Assembly: GCA_023515725.1 (NCBI GenBank)
Contig: JALDTO010000266.1
Span: forward strand, 692,708-756,707
Length of the DNA stretch: 64,000 bases
Direction of reading: 5' to 3'
Source: Amoeboaphelidium protococcarum X5
Taxonomy: Eukaryota > Fungi > Aphelidiomycota
The translations under genes were made by a program, and so were the position numbers. Positions 28,330-42,742 of this stretch are shown here, piece by piece; the stretch's first letter is position 1; each line of letters starts with the position of its first letter. Under the pieces are notes generated by a model, which was not told the origin of the DNA, did no database searches, and saw only the letters and a list, made by a program, of their open reading frames with translations.

Positions 28330-29105
28330 AAAGCCATAGTCTGAGTCATGAAAGGATGCTATTGCTATTGTTAAACTTGATGCTAGTACCGCCCGGCGTT
28401 ATCAAATTCATTAGATGGCGTGAAAAACTATGATCCACGAGCATGCTCTTGACTAATAGCCACCTAAGGATATACATTAGACATTGGAGGTGGGACAACG
28501 CCTTGAGCAGCCAGAACAGCAGCTGGTGGTTATTACTGTGAGGGCAGCGACTATGAACGTCCGCGATTACTTCTCAGATAATACGCGCGGGACATCTATG
28601 GCCTAGTGGCTAACATCGGCTAATCTTGCGGTTACTATAATTAAGCAGCGACATTGTGTTAGTAGAATGGTGGCTATTACTATGGCTTCTACAATTGCAT
28701 GTGAGGCTGGGAGTAGGGATCATAATGCTACTATAGCTAAAACTCGTCAGCGCCACGTCCAAATTGAGGATGCAATTAATTGTATTAACCATATTCTTAC
28801 GCGGCAATGTGATGTGGTGGTGGAATGTTGGTAACAGTGGTCTGATGCAGAACAGATTTAAAGTGGAACTCTTACTCCTTCAAAGTCCCAAAGGTCAGTC
28901 CATTGATCTACTCAGCCGATTGATAGTTGAATGGACGACCGTTCTCATCAGTGCCCGCATAAGTAGCATTAGCTTCAGATCCGGCATTGCTTCGCCCACC
29001 AAGTTTCTATAGCCTAAGGTACTAAGATTTGTGTTATTTCGATGAAGCATCAGTATTCAGTTATTATTACTAATGCGATGCACCGAGATCAGACATGTCC
29101 AGCAT
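26832..29105 (-). CDS. Pcl/Clg1/Pho80-family cyclin with long low-complexity N-terminus (~757 aa)
   Basis: HLLETMQISCSTAILALFYLHRL ... EYRLFTIALLLGNKYLDDHSYSNKAWSEVTGI...LNVMEMEFL. Confidence 0.88.
28266..28328 (-). repeat. (TAG)20-TAA in-frame poly-Gln tract in the cyclin
   Basis: Plus strand (CTA)20 at 28269-28328, in frame with the cyclin box. Confidence 0.9.
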
Positions 29106-29599
29106 TGAGTACGATGAGGATGATGACGATGATAAAGACTTGCAAATCTTCTTCGACAACCAGCGAAGGTATTCTAGAGTATAAGGCTAGCTAGTATTAT
29201 GTACAACTACCAGATGAAGTCAAAATAGTGCGATGAGAAAGCAGAGGTCCAAATGTGCAGATTCGACAGAGCAGTAGTGATTCGAAAGGGAAGGCGCCAC
29301 AACAATAATTGGCTTCGATTAGGGGCGATCGTGAAGCGGCCGAGTGTCAAGCAATATCCTCTTTCCGCGAGCGATTTCTGCTGATCGCCACTTGAGATTT
29401 CGCCTCCTCCTCTCCCCATTCTCGCTCCCGACACGGAACGCCTATTTCCGCGCGCGTCTTTCACTATTTGCGTTGTATCCATCGTATGAGGTGGTTTTCT
29501 TTCTTGTTTCAGCACTTTGTGTTACTTTTGTTGAGAGTCGAAGTTGAATTGATAATCTGTAAGGCTCAGGTGACTTGATATATCAAAGAGCATTATATT

Positions 29600-30721
29600 A
29601 TGAACATTCGTGATCTTATTGATTCTCCAAAGACTAATAAGACTTCACCAGTAAAATCGTAGACATAAAAAAGTGGTGAAAATTCTTACCCAACGTATTG
29701 TGTCTGTGGCTCATCGTCTACTGATGAATTTATGATTGCCTGTGATAATTGCAATCTTTGGTGTCATGGTTAGTGTGTTGGCATAACTGATTTTGATAGC
29801 GAGAGACTGGTAAGGTGGTTCTGTCCGCGATGCTTAGGCAATGGATATAGTGGACTTTAAACTGTTATTAAGCCATTGTGCGCGTTTATGCGATGTAATG
29901 GAAACTCTTATTTTGGTCAAGATAATCTTCTAAAGTCCTCGAGACGCGTCGTCCGCAAAGGGAGTAAGTATTGCAGTGATGAATGTGGAAATGAGAACGC
30001 GAATTATCTAATATTAAAAGCGCTACGAAAGTAATCTGCTGGACCTGAAGCTTCATTTAAGGGTCATCGAGGGTAGTTGTGGTATCAAATTAATAATTAA
30101 ATTCACAAAGAGTCAAAGTTATTAAAGATTTATCAAGATGATTTGGATTAGAAGCGTGCATACTTGGATAACATTGTAAATATCGTTAAACTGGCAAATG
30201 ATTTATCCTCAAAGGTACAGAATCTCATTAGTGAATCTGATCGCCACAAGGAACTGATATGCGGCTATAAGCTTGATTTACTTATGGTGGAATCGTCTGT
30301 TTAGGATTTAGGTATGGAAACTGACAAGTTTACCAGCAGTGATGAGCTGTTGAGTACAAGAAAATAATCCGGAATATGTTTGCAAGTAAGAAGTAAATGC
30401 TCCCTTCACAATGTCAGTGGATCCTAAAAGTCTAATTTTCCATGCTCTGAGCTCAATGATATTCCTATTCCCGGTTGGGCTCATCTTCTGTATAGCAAAG
30501 TGGATTTCTAAATTGATTAATTGGAGATTGCAGTAGCCTAAACGACGAATAGGTTAAATAGGCTTAAAAGAGACCAAGAAATTTATGAGCATTCTGCAGT
30601 AAAGTTTAAGTTAGACAATGGCATCTCAGTCAATATTGAAAGCTAGTTTGCCACTCCTGACGCGTCCGAAACTGAGACCGCGCTCTCTTCAACCTGTTTC
30701 AACGTTAGTATTATTAGCTGA
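29600..30721 (+). CDS. SPP1: COMPASS PHD-finger subunit Spp1/CFP1-like (373 aa)
   Basis: PHD YCVC...MIACDNCNLWCHGQCVGI...WFCPRC; SKYCSDECG; ICGY; ICLQVRSKCSLH...GW. Confidence 0.85.
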
Positions 30722-30797
30722 TGATTAAAGTTGATGGAAAAACGTCAAAATGGTGAGTGATATTACAATAATTATAAATCTATTCAACTCAATCAAT

Positions 30798-31382
30798 TCA
30801 AATAATCATGCACATCATGTAAATACCAGCGATTATCATTGCAATCGCGCTGTACTCAATGCTAGTGTGAGCAGAGTTTATATTAATAAAGGTCTTGGAC
30901 TGGAAGACTCTGATCGGACTACTGACACGGTCACGGATCAGAGGCTTCTTCTGCATTGTGCTGATCTTGAAGATGTAGACACCCTCAGCAGCGTTAGTTG
31001 GAACTTACCAGTCAGCATAGTTTTCATTAGACCCATTAGCGATGATGGCAGTGAATTTGGTCACATCAGGCCAGATACCAACACGATACTCGAGCGAAAT
31101 GATCTCTGGATTTCCGAGGTTAGTTGGCTGAGTGCGCCACTTGATACGGTACATCTCACCAGCTCTAACTAGGGGCACCTTAGACAGGAGAGAAACGGAA
31201 GGCGGATTCTCAAAGATAAAATCACCAATACCAGTAGCCTTAGGATCCGAAGTCTTGGATGGCTCCTCATTATTCTTGAACTCTGGATCATCAGGATTAA
31301 TCGCTACATCATCTTCTTTAGTGCTGTTCTTTTAAGCCAGCGCGAGCATTGCAAAAGCAGAAAATAGCAGATGGAATCTCAT
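30798..31382 (-). CDS. Secreted, probably GPI-anchored surface protein with Ig-like (Kre9/Ser-Thr-GPI type) domain (194 aa)
   Basis: Signal MRFHLLFSAFAMLALA; YRIKW...WQVPTNAAEGVY; NSAHTS followed by hydrophobic C-terminal tail. Confidence 0.75.
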
Positions 31383-32094
31383 TTCTTTATTAGTAGTTGC
31401 AGATACTTGTTTGGATATTAAGATTATAAGTGTTTTGTGAGGAGAAAGAGAAAGATACACGCACCATGGCTCTTATATCCAAGCCGATTTCTATTTTTGG
31501 ACACAAATCATCCCAGATTGGTATCAGGTGACTATTTTAGGTAACATCAAATCGAACCGGACTTGCTAATCATGATTCGAGATCAAAACAATGAGACGAC
31601 TAAGAGAAGCTATTGAAAAAGACAGAGTGTGTAAAAGGACTAAATTAAGCTGGAATATATATATATAAAGTTAACGCGTCTAGTAACAAAGCCATACGCG
31701 TAGTTGATAAGAAGCTTCGGAAAATTGTCTTATAAACACACGATGTTCCAACTAGTTCAATGGTTTTCTTACAACAGGCGAAAGGAACACTCTATCTTAT
31801 CTCATTTGATAGAGTTTTGAGTAATTCTGAAGTCAATTTACATCTTGGTCAACATAATACGATCTACTAAGTTCAGAGTTCTAGAAGAATTTTGGTTGAT
31901 AGAGATAGGCTTGATCATGGGATGCGCTTTTGGAAACAATGTCCATCTGTGATTGGTTGAACTCGGTCACTGATACTATTTGGATCGTCACAGTGCCACT
32001 GTGATAAACTTGGCTGTGTCTTTTATTTCCCATTTTATACACTTTTGTTAAAAGTAAATTAAATACCAATAAAATGACATCTAACAACTATCAG

Positions 32095-33576
32095 ATGGAA
32101 AGAAAAAAGTCAGGCGCTAATATCAAGCAAGCAGATTTAAACAGCATTCATAAGAGACTGTAAAATTAGCTGAAATCTAATGCTGAAACTCAGCAGGAAT
32201 TGATAAAGGCTATGAGCTTATACCGATTGACATTGGAGCATTTGGCTTCCGCATCAGATAAAGTAGCGCGCACAGCTGGTAAACTAGCACTGGGCACCGC
32301 AACATCCTTTGATCTGCAGAAAGAGCTTGACAACGTGTCGATCCACTCGTCCGCGGTGAATGAAGAAAATGAGCTGAAACAGCGTAATCTCTCTGCCGCC
32401 CTCTAGCAAGTGGTCAAATTTCACACGGTGATGAGTGCTTAGCAGGCAAATGTAGCAAATTCGCTTATCAATGATTTTGAGCATCCAGTCCAGCTGAATC
32501 TGTAGCGCTATCGTGATACAATTGTCTAGTGGGACAGACACTCGGACAGGGAGATTAAACGCGTCCAGAATGATATCAAGTAGAAGGAGGCGGAGGCTAC
32601 TAGAGCTGGTCGTCATAACTCAAACAAAGATATGTCCAAGTTGTCGGAAACACTGTTTGGCCTCACTGAAAAGCTGTCTGAATTGTCCGATATCAAGATC
32701 AAGGTTATCAATAGTGGTCTCGCTACCAACTAGAATTAATACTTTTTTGTTGCACATCATCTGTAGAAGGTATTGCGTGCTGAAGTACAGTCATTCCGCT
32801 CCATTTACCATGATGGTACTGCTGTTCCGAAGAATACATACACTCCACTGAGGAAGGACTCCAAGGGATCAATCTAGTCCTCCGTAAGTTAGCAAAGAAG
32901 CGAAATCAACAGTGTTAGTCAAAGTCTACAGTCAACTCCATTGAGTATCTCTACGGAGCGTAAACCAGCGCGTCCAATGAAGTCGCCTCTAATTGCTGAC
33001 ATCAAAAGCTCATTTATTCTAGACAACTCTGGCAACATAATTCCTAGCGCCTAAGAGTCTTAGAATGGAGGCGAGCCTGTTGTACCATAGAATCCTCATC
33101 GTAAGACCATGGCCTTCCCTAAGAACGCCGCTCCTAATTTGGTTAATCAGATAATAAAGAACAACTTCGCCTCAATCTCTAATGTCTAGTCTCCAGTCTC
33201 GAGAGCTCCTAGAAGAAAGTCCTCAGACTCTTTTGAAGATGAACTGGAACACTTCCGCAAGGAGACTGAGTTCATTTCCACGTACAATTCTCCAACATAC
33301 CTCTCCGGTCAAGATGCCTTCCTTGATAGAAACTCCGGTGATGGAGATGTCTTTGCGATGGCTGATAAATTAATGAAAGTCGTCCATGATTATGCAGGTG
33401 ATGGTGCAGATGATCTCAAGGTTGTAAGGGGTGATTTGGTGCGCGTTGTTGCCGTTGAAGGCGAGTGGCTCTACGGATGGTTGATGAGCTACGAAGATGG
33501 CGAACAAGTGCCAGTGGAACATGATGGCGTACCACAAATTGGTTGGATTCCACTTAATTTTGTAGAAGAATATTGA
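32095..33576 (+). CDS. BAR/I-BAR-like helical domain plus C-terminal SH3 protein (493 aa)
   Basis: ~240 aa amphipathic helical N-terminus, Pro/Ser linker, SH3 VVHDYAG...DLKVVRGDLV...EWLYG...GWIPLNFV. Confidence 0.78.
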
Positions 33577-33703
33577 ATTTAATTATAAACGTAATTTATT
33601 TAACTATATACTGTGAAAGCTTTATTTAATCCAAGTCAAGTAACTTGAAAATAAATTTTCAACTTTTCAATCTCACTTGCATCAGATAAATTAATACAGT
33701 TTA

Positions 33704-34819
<1,116 letters not shown>

Positions 34820-34868
34820 ATATATCCTTCATGTCATCCTCCTAACTAAATAGTTTCTATGTATCTAT

Positions 34869-36815
34869 TCACATTTACAGTCGACTGAGCATAGTATCTG
34901 CAGACGGTCGTGCCAAAAAGTCTTCTTACCAGCCATCCTCGATTATTGACCGAACTTTCTAAAAAGTACGTTAGATACCCTCCATCTTGCTATTGTCAAT
35001 ACATTTCAGTACATCTTTAGGCCATTGTGGTCGTTTACCTTCGAGTATGAATTTAATCAGCTTTGCTTGGTCGTAGTAAAAATTCCAAGCATCACTTCGC
35101 GAGACAACTTCAAACAGCATGATAGACGTGGAATAAATATCAAGTTTGTAAGTCTAAGAAGTGGACTTTCCAAGTGCAGCTACATCCTGTCCTATGAATT
35201 CTGAATACAACTTTCTAATTGTCTCCGGTGATGCATACGGAAGAGATGCACCTCTCACCTTGGCGGCTTTAAATTCCTTCACTCCCAAAAGTCCTTTGCC
35301 ACTGATGTTGGCTATTGAAAAGTCACAAATTACAGCAACAAAGCGATCTTCATTCTTATCGACAAGCACATTCTACGGCTTCATGTCATTGTGAATGATC
35401 TATACCCGGTGCAGCTCTTACAATCCAGCCAAAATATCACACGCGAAATGGTACGCATAATGAATGAACCAGTTATCAAAGGAAAGACCCTTCTTCTTAT
35501 CTATGAACGACGACAATGCACCATACGCGTAATACTTCATTACGATAGACGGAGGAGATTCGATATAGCCATAAAGCCGAGCAAAGCTAGAATGTTTAGA
35601 GAAATAAGCCATAATTGCGACTTCTTAGTTAAATGCGCTCATCTACTTGTCTTTCTTCTCATTTGCTACACTCTTTAAAACTTTGACTGCAACCTGCTTG
35701 TCGGGGATCTTCTGTTTATACTCGGTTGCTAATGTAGCCAGATACAGCGTAGCAGAGCCTCCTTTACCAATGCTCTTGCCTAACTTTACATCTTTCTTCA
35801 ACATCAACATATAACCAGGTAATGCTAATGGAAGTCCGCCATTATCTTTAACAACCATTGTCGCATTGATATCTTGGGCGTTGTCTACTTAAGCAGAGAG
35901 AGATCTGTCCATAGAGATCCCATTCGAATATCCCTATATTTAATTAACCGCGTTGCTGTATTAACCAGGCTAATTAGCCATCATATAGCTTTAAGGTTGG
36001 AATGACGATGGCGATGCATTGAACCCAATCTGTGGAACCACACGATGTTATGATTAGAGTCGTGACTGCAACTACGGATCATTGATAGGAGTAGAAGCAT
36101 AATTCACAGGCGAAGACAATTATTACATAACGGCAGAAGTTTTCGGAGGAGATGCAGCAGCAGCCTGAACTGTTGGATTGATAATTTTAACTGACGTCTG
36201 AACCAACTGGGGACGCGCAAGTTGAACACGCCTAATAGAGCCATGACCGTCTTTCAACTCGAGAACTTGACCTGGGTTGTTGGGCAAGTACATTTAGGTC
36301 GATTTAACACTCTTGATAACTCCATTATCTTAATTATTATTCACATTCTACGATTATGAAGTGGAGTCGGGACTTATGTTCATATTAATCAGAGTAGATA
36401 AATTACCAATGTCGCCGCCAGCATCTAAAGCCGCGTTTGAGTGAAATAGTGCAACAGTCTTTTGGAGTTACTGTTGATTATTGCTTACACTTTCTCTTGA
36501 GGATACTGATTATTATTATTATTATTGTGACTATTATGGGAAATTCTGTGATGTAGACTGTTAAACTTGAAGAATGACATACTTGGAGTTATCAGCCTCT
36601 AGTTCAGCTTCTTTGAGCACATCCTTCCATGCATCATTATTTCTCTCCATTTTCAGGTACCAGTACAAAAGGCCTAAGAGTAATACCACAGACAGTGTAA
36701 GACCAACTGACACTCCAATAATAGTGTCACTACTATCACCAGTATTCTGTGCCGCAGCATCAGCAGCAAATATCACTAGGGCAAGATACTATAACAGAAC
36801 TGTCAAAATTAACAT
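34869..36815 (-). CDS. Single-pass membrane TKL-like kinase with minimal ectodomain (648 aa)
   Basis: Signal-like MLILTVLLQYLALVIFAADA, TM IIGVSVGLTLSVVLLLGLLYWYL, IGKGGSA, VAVK, HNDMKPQN, CDFS, PYASPE, DIYS. Confidence 0.88.
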
Positions 36816-37060
36816 TTCCCGAAACTGATCAGGTAAGTAGAACTTAATGACTCAGGCGCAGTGTCCTCAAAAATTTTAAGACTAGATAGAGATTAAAATT
36901 CTGTTGTAAGATAGTATAAAAGAGTCGAAAGGGACTCGATAGTAAGATTGATGATATTAAGCCTAAAAATAGATTCCTTTGTGACAATCTTAATAAAACC
37001 AACGCAACGACTATTTATAGAACTGAAACTAGGCAAGATCGATAGAGAGGAGAATTCAAA

Positions 37061-38539
37061 TCAATCGTCCTAATTGATCTTGCGCGGTATTTGACCGTTT
37101 TCATCATAATACTTCCTACGACTGGGATGTTTTAGAATATGATAAGCCAAAGACAATTGTCGAAATATATCTTCCGCCTTGTCTTTAACTTCCTTATCAG
37201 ACAGAACGTGTCGATCTGGATGACTTTCAAAGGCTAATCGCGCAAAAGCTTTTTAAATATCAGCGGGCGTCGCACTTTACTCCATCCCACTTAGCTCGAG
37301 ACAATCATAGAGTCCTAGTGGATCTGGGTGTTTAATTCCGCTACCTATTGCCTGACTATAATCCTAAGAGCCTTTACCAATTTCGACAGACTATCGCCAG
37401 TCATGCATCTCAGCCTGTGAAGTCTATTCTTTCAACCATTACTCAAACTAATCGTTAAACTTATCGCCACTCCATAACAACTTACTCCCAGTGAATTTGT
37501 ACTCTGCCACCTAATTGGAATCAATACCTTCATCATACGACGCCTTAGAATCATTGTACAGAAATTTAAAGGTCGGCCAATATTTAGCACTGTAATAGCC
37601 CACAATAAACGGAGCGATTTGCCATTGTAAAACTGATGACGCGAATGACTTTACACCAATCAAAGGTGCACTCTATCCTAGAAGCCATTGGTAACTTGAA
37701 GATGCGATAAGAAATAGAGAGCCAGCTTTAATAGGATCATAAGATGATTATCCCAGCACATGACCACTTAAGCCACTGACAATAAGAGGTTGATCCGAAG
37801 ACTTGTGTTACATTTAATAAATTGGCAAGTACAATCTCCGAAGTTCAAATTGGGGATACTCTGTTCTAAATCTAAAATCATCCACTCTACCTTAGTATGT
37901 GCTCTTTAAATACGCTTTAACACGTTCCCTTTCATACTATCTCAGTTTCGGTTCCAAATGTTTCTGTACAATCATAGCCTCATTGATCTCGAACGACATC
38001 TGCTCACACTATTCAAGCTTAAAGGTGCCATCTTAATTATCAGCAACGATATAGCTACTAAACTGGGATATCTCAGACTTTAAATCCTTCAAATATCCGC
38101 GATTAAACTTATGTGAGCCAAAAGCATTCAGTTACGCGCCATTCTTGACCGTTCCATCATATTGAGTTTTGATTGAATGATATTTCAGTTCAGGGTCTCC
38201 TTTAGTCGCGCCAGTTTATACAAAGGCTTCAATGTAAGACACTGCAGTTATAAGAGGAACGTAGAAGGGGATGTATAGCTTCCTGATTTTATCCACTCCA
38301 GTGATATAATTTCTCGTAAACGCCTTTTAAGACGCGCATCGATCTAAATTCTATTGCGCTTACTACGATGATATCAAAAATGGCAATCGAGCATTCCGAG
38401 TACTTAATTGTTACTATTTGCTATTTTTCTCTACATTGGGCGTTCTTTACTTGAATTGGACTTCCCAAACCTTTTATTACGCGGTACTTGATAGTCGTTT
38501 GGGTGTAAATCGGATCATACCAAACGAACTGCAAATCAT
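37061..38539 (-). CDS. J-domain (DnaJ) protein with C-terminal J domain and upstream TM region (492 aa)
   Basis: DPLGLYDCLEL...DIQKAFARLAFESHPD...AYHILKHPSRRKYYD; basic N-terminus resembling a mitochondrial presequence; absent from ORF track. Confidence 0.85.
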
Positions 38540-38650
38540 GCCACTGAAATATTGCTGAAGATTAATGAGAATAGATAAAGATGAAAGTCAAATCTCAATA
38601 AGCCATAAAGATTAAAGAACCTGTGATTTTATTGAGACAAGTAGAAAGAT

Positions 38651-40894
38651 TCATGACTTTTTGAGTCTTTTAGATTTGCGGGACAATTTTCCAGCCTGAG
38701 AAGAGTTGGATAACTAGTCGTAATCTTCAGCATTATGATGTTAGTGATGGTTTAGTTCCGCCAACCGCTTCTATTCAATTCTCAGTCGCATCTCCTCAAC
38801 CTTATCTTCAACCACGACATAAAGTGCATCATCCGCAGTGACATCAACTAATGCCTTTTCCATAAAGGACAAATAAATTTGTAATTATGACCCTGTACTC
38901 GAATTTGTGAGCAGATACGACCACTTCTGAATAGCGTCCTCAAACTACTTCAGATCGGCTGGTTTCACCTCGATAATATCATGATCTGAAAACGCGTACA
39001 ACAACGGCCAGAATTGATGGTACGATCGCTTCTTTTTATTAGAAACTTTACCAGAGGTGTGGGTAGCACATTTATATAAATGCATGACAAGAGCTTTTAA
39101 TTCATCAAATGATGAGATTTAATCTTCCGAACTCTTCAGTGATAAAACAAACTCCAACAAGCTCTAGAAATGGTCGTAACGCGAGTCATCTTAACTATTG
39201 ACATATGGAGCCACGACTATAGATGCTATTTTCTTGACAAGACTAAAGATCTCAGCACAATAAAGCGATTCAGTATCAGCATCTTTAATTTCAATATTAT
39301 ACCGTAAAGTGTTTATATCAAATGCAGCATTGTCTATATTCAACAAATTCCGAGCACTCTCAATCTTTTACACCAAATACCTATTCGAATTTTAAAGTAA
39401 AATCTGCCCAATTTCCTGCAGAGATTATTGAGCATAATACCAACAATTAGATGTATCATCGTGGACAAAAAGCCCATCAAAGCTAATGAAACTGCACCAT
39501 TATCGTCCCATGTAGTCCAAACCAAAAGATACGTTCTGAAGATAAAATTACATTCTATATTGTCGCAATTCTTCAGTTTGCAAATCATTTAACCGATCTT
39601 CTGACTTAGACAGTTCAAATTCAGACTGTAGACGATCTTCAGTCGTGCGTTTGGAAGGCAATACCAAGTCGACAGACTAAATTTACTTCTTTAGAAAGTC
39701 GCGCTTACTCAGAAGACTCTAATCGGAATTGTCAATATAATCTATGGCACGTTCAGTAGCTTCAAGCTCTACAGAGAGCGCATCTTTCTTACTCAATAGA
39801 TCTTTAATGTCACGCCGGACAAGCTTTAATTCCCGTTTGCAATTGGCGATTTCCTTTCTTTTCTAATTGATCTCTTTGCTTACAGACTACTGATAGATCT
39901 AATCAACATATTCAACTAACGATTTCTACTCCATCCAAATATCAATCAGAAAACTAGCTAAAATGACTCTATCACTAGCATCTAATTCTCGTAAGCTGTC
40001 AAAATCACCAGCAATATCCTCTACAGAATTGTCCGATTCATCTGGTTAAAAGTATTTCTTAATCTTTGACAGCAATTACAACTGATTCTCATCTAACAGA
40101 TCACGGCGTTATTTCAGCAGAATTAGAACCACATAATCCACATTCAAATCGCGCATATCTATAGAGTCAGGAAACACTGAAGCAGATTACAGCTGATTCA
40201 TTACAGATAAAAAATCGTCTTGATGCTCGCGATCACCATCAAGTTAATGTGCCAGATTCTCAACGATCACCATCAAAAGCCGCCTAAAGTGAATGGACGA
40301 TGTATGCAGCAACGCAACCAGAATTTCGCCAGAATTCCACTAATCGGATCGATCTTAATCCTACTATACGAGAGGATAGAATAGTGCAATAAACTCGCAA
40401 ATCATCAAGTAGTCTTGAATTAAATCAGCGGGCAGGTAAGCGCAAGTATCCTCAGATTATTCGGTGGCTTCTAGTTCTATAAACTACACAGAAGCAGTTT
40501 TTTGCTCCAACTAGAACATTACAGACGGTCTATACTCTACCAATTATAACTCTTTTAGCTATCGCTGCTACTCGCCACTAGCATCCAGCACCGGCTGCGG
40601 ATCCTTATGAATACTTAGATCTTCTTATACGGGCTACTGATAAGAGAATTACGGCTCACCATTCACACCTACGGTGCCAAGTAAATGCTGTGATGACGCT
40701 CCATTGAGCATATACCCATCATGAGTATAGTGTGACGAGTCTTATTCAGAATATCCCGCTTAGAATAGTCCATCATGAACCATTGTTTCATCGTGTCTCT
40801 CACCAGGGACGTTAACAGTAGTGTATGATAGAGGATCATAGTCAAACTCATTCAGCAAGTTCTAAATCGAAGGAATTCGTGATTGATTGTTCAT
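38651..40894 (-). CDS. DDT/WHIM1/WSD-domain chromatin protein (ISWI-associated, Itc1/BAZ-like), ~747 aa
   Basis: PADLIQDYLMICEFIALF (DDT-like), LDASDRVILASFLIDIW...EYVD (WHIM1-like), FGLDYMGRQW (WSD-like); co-framed ATG 40894 and TGA 38651. Confidence 0.65.
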
Positions 40895-41483
40895 ATCTAC
40901 AATAAATCAATCTATACGATTCTACAATATCGAAAGTAATTTTAACGGCAAGGTTGAAAAGATTTTTCTTTCCGTCTTCTTCATCATCTTCCCCTCAATC
41001 GACAAAGTTGACACGGACGGCAAGGTTGAAGTGGGAAAGCCTCGATTCATTTCCGAAACCGCGTGGTTGATGATCTACTCATTATCGATCTGTTCGCCAA
41101 GGTTCAATTCATAAAAAATGGTGATAAAGAAATGACTGTTTAAACACTTTCAGTTGTGTTGAGGCGCGCCCGGCACCGTACGCCTCACATTGGAGCTTGT
41201 TCTTTTACCTCGTAGGCTCACCTTCACTAGCTCATTGCTAGATAAAGCCTGGATGTTTAATATTCTTTAAGGGTGAGCACTAAGCATCTGGTATGCCACT
41301 ACTAGTAGGCGCTTATCTGCACGAGTAACCGGTGCAGAGAGCTAAAAGCTAAAGTTACCGGTGTCGATGTCTCCGATGAGTTCTTAATCGTCTACGAAGA
41401 AGCGAGAAGTAGTACTTGCCGACCGATTAATCAATTCGGGGTACCCATAAAGTTGATTACGTGAAGCAGGTGTCTTAGTTTGA

Positions 41484-41801
41484 ATTGAAAGTGATATTGA
41501 AGCAGACTTCATACGTGCGAAGTCTCTGGTGCGCGGGTTAATTGCGGCAAACAACGGGAAGAAGGAGATTGTCGTCTAAGACCTGATGTAAATGATGCTC
41601 ATCGCGGTATTGCCGAAACATCTGACTGCAATACGCGTCGTGGTCAATGCTAATGAGGACCTGTGTCCATGTGAATACTGGAGTCTAGATGTGTCCAGGA
41701 AGATGCTACCTCCGGCGAGTAATCATCAAGAGCCTTAAGAGCAGACTGTCATTCAGGAAGATGTTATGGTAGTAAGTGCCGGATCTGTGATCCTTCTTTG
41801 A
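41484..41801 (+). pseudogene. Possible degraded Ty1/copia gag-like fragment
   Basis: Start-less 105-codon frame ESDIEADFIRAKSLVRGL...MMLIAVLPKHLTAIR resembling the gag (UBN2) pattern; flanked by broken frames. Confidence 0.3.
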
Positions 41802-41904
41802 GACCAACGCGTCAGAAATGTAATAATGTCGGTCTAGAACTGTTCATGCATAAAGAAGACTCCAATTTTGGTCACAGATAATGCTCAACTACACTAAAGA
41901 GAGA

Positions 41905-41907
<3 letters not shown>

Positions 41908-41943
<36 letters not shown>
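41908..41943 (+). repeat. (TG)18 microsatellite
   Basis: Perfect dinucleotide run. Confidence 0.95.
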
Positions 41944-41944
<1 letters not shown>

Positions 41945-42742
41945 AATGGAAATTTATATCACTGATTCACCTCATCGCATCTAATCAACACTAAAATAAT
42001 TTGCTTGCAGGTATTGATATGAGCGGTCGTCCAAGTGATAAGGTGAAGCAATACATGAGTTTTTTGAGTAGTGAAGATTAATTGATTAGGTAGTTACAAA
42101 TTTCCCCGACGAAGAAATTCCAGACGTACAGTATGGTGTGTTTGGAGAAAGTGTTGAAAAAATGGAGAGAGATCTGCCTTTGCTCCGGTGGATCTCATTG
42201 CTACTGCTGAAGTATTGTCTTTAATTGTAAACTGGACGTTTGTAATGCCGCCTAAAAGAAAAAGATAGATTACCGTTGGAAAGGCAAAAACCATACCCAA
42301 GGCATCTGAAGCTCTGGTAGATAAGGTGAATGCTTGCGTTGAAAGTTGATTCTGAGTTATGATGCCCAGAAAATTGCAGACGTTATTTGGCACATTTACA
42401 TCATCATAAGTACTATTCAGAGCCCTTAATTGTTAAATATCATAAAAAGCTTATTGCGATTTTTTAGTTTCTTGCTGTTTCTAAATTTGTATTCAAGACA
42501 ACTACCGTAGCAGCCAATCACATGCGATTACTTAAGGACTAATCAGGCTTTGCTCTCCTTACGCGACAACGGCGTGTCAGGCGCTCGCTCACATTCATTT
42601 TCCCTTCCCGCTTATTCAATCCGCTGTTGCTTTGACTCGAAAGGTGACGACATTTGCTTCTCTTCTTCCCACTAAACGGCTAGCATTAACAACGGTAATC
42701 ACTAATTATCAATTGTTATAATTGCGCAAATACAGTACTAAA

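Noticed and set aside
28110-28433. Poly-Leu ORF
   Set aside because: Antisense of the cyclin (TAG)n poly-Gln tract
30750-31335. Plus-strand ORFs of 140 and 67 aa
   Set aside because: Antisense to the GPI-anchored protein gene
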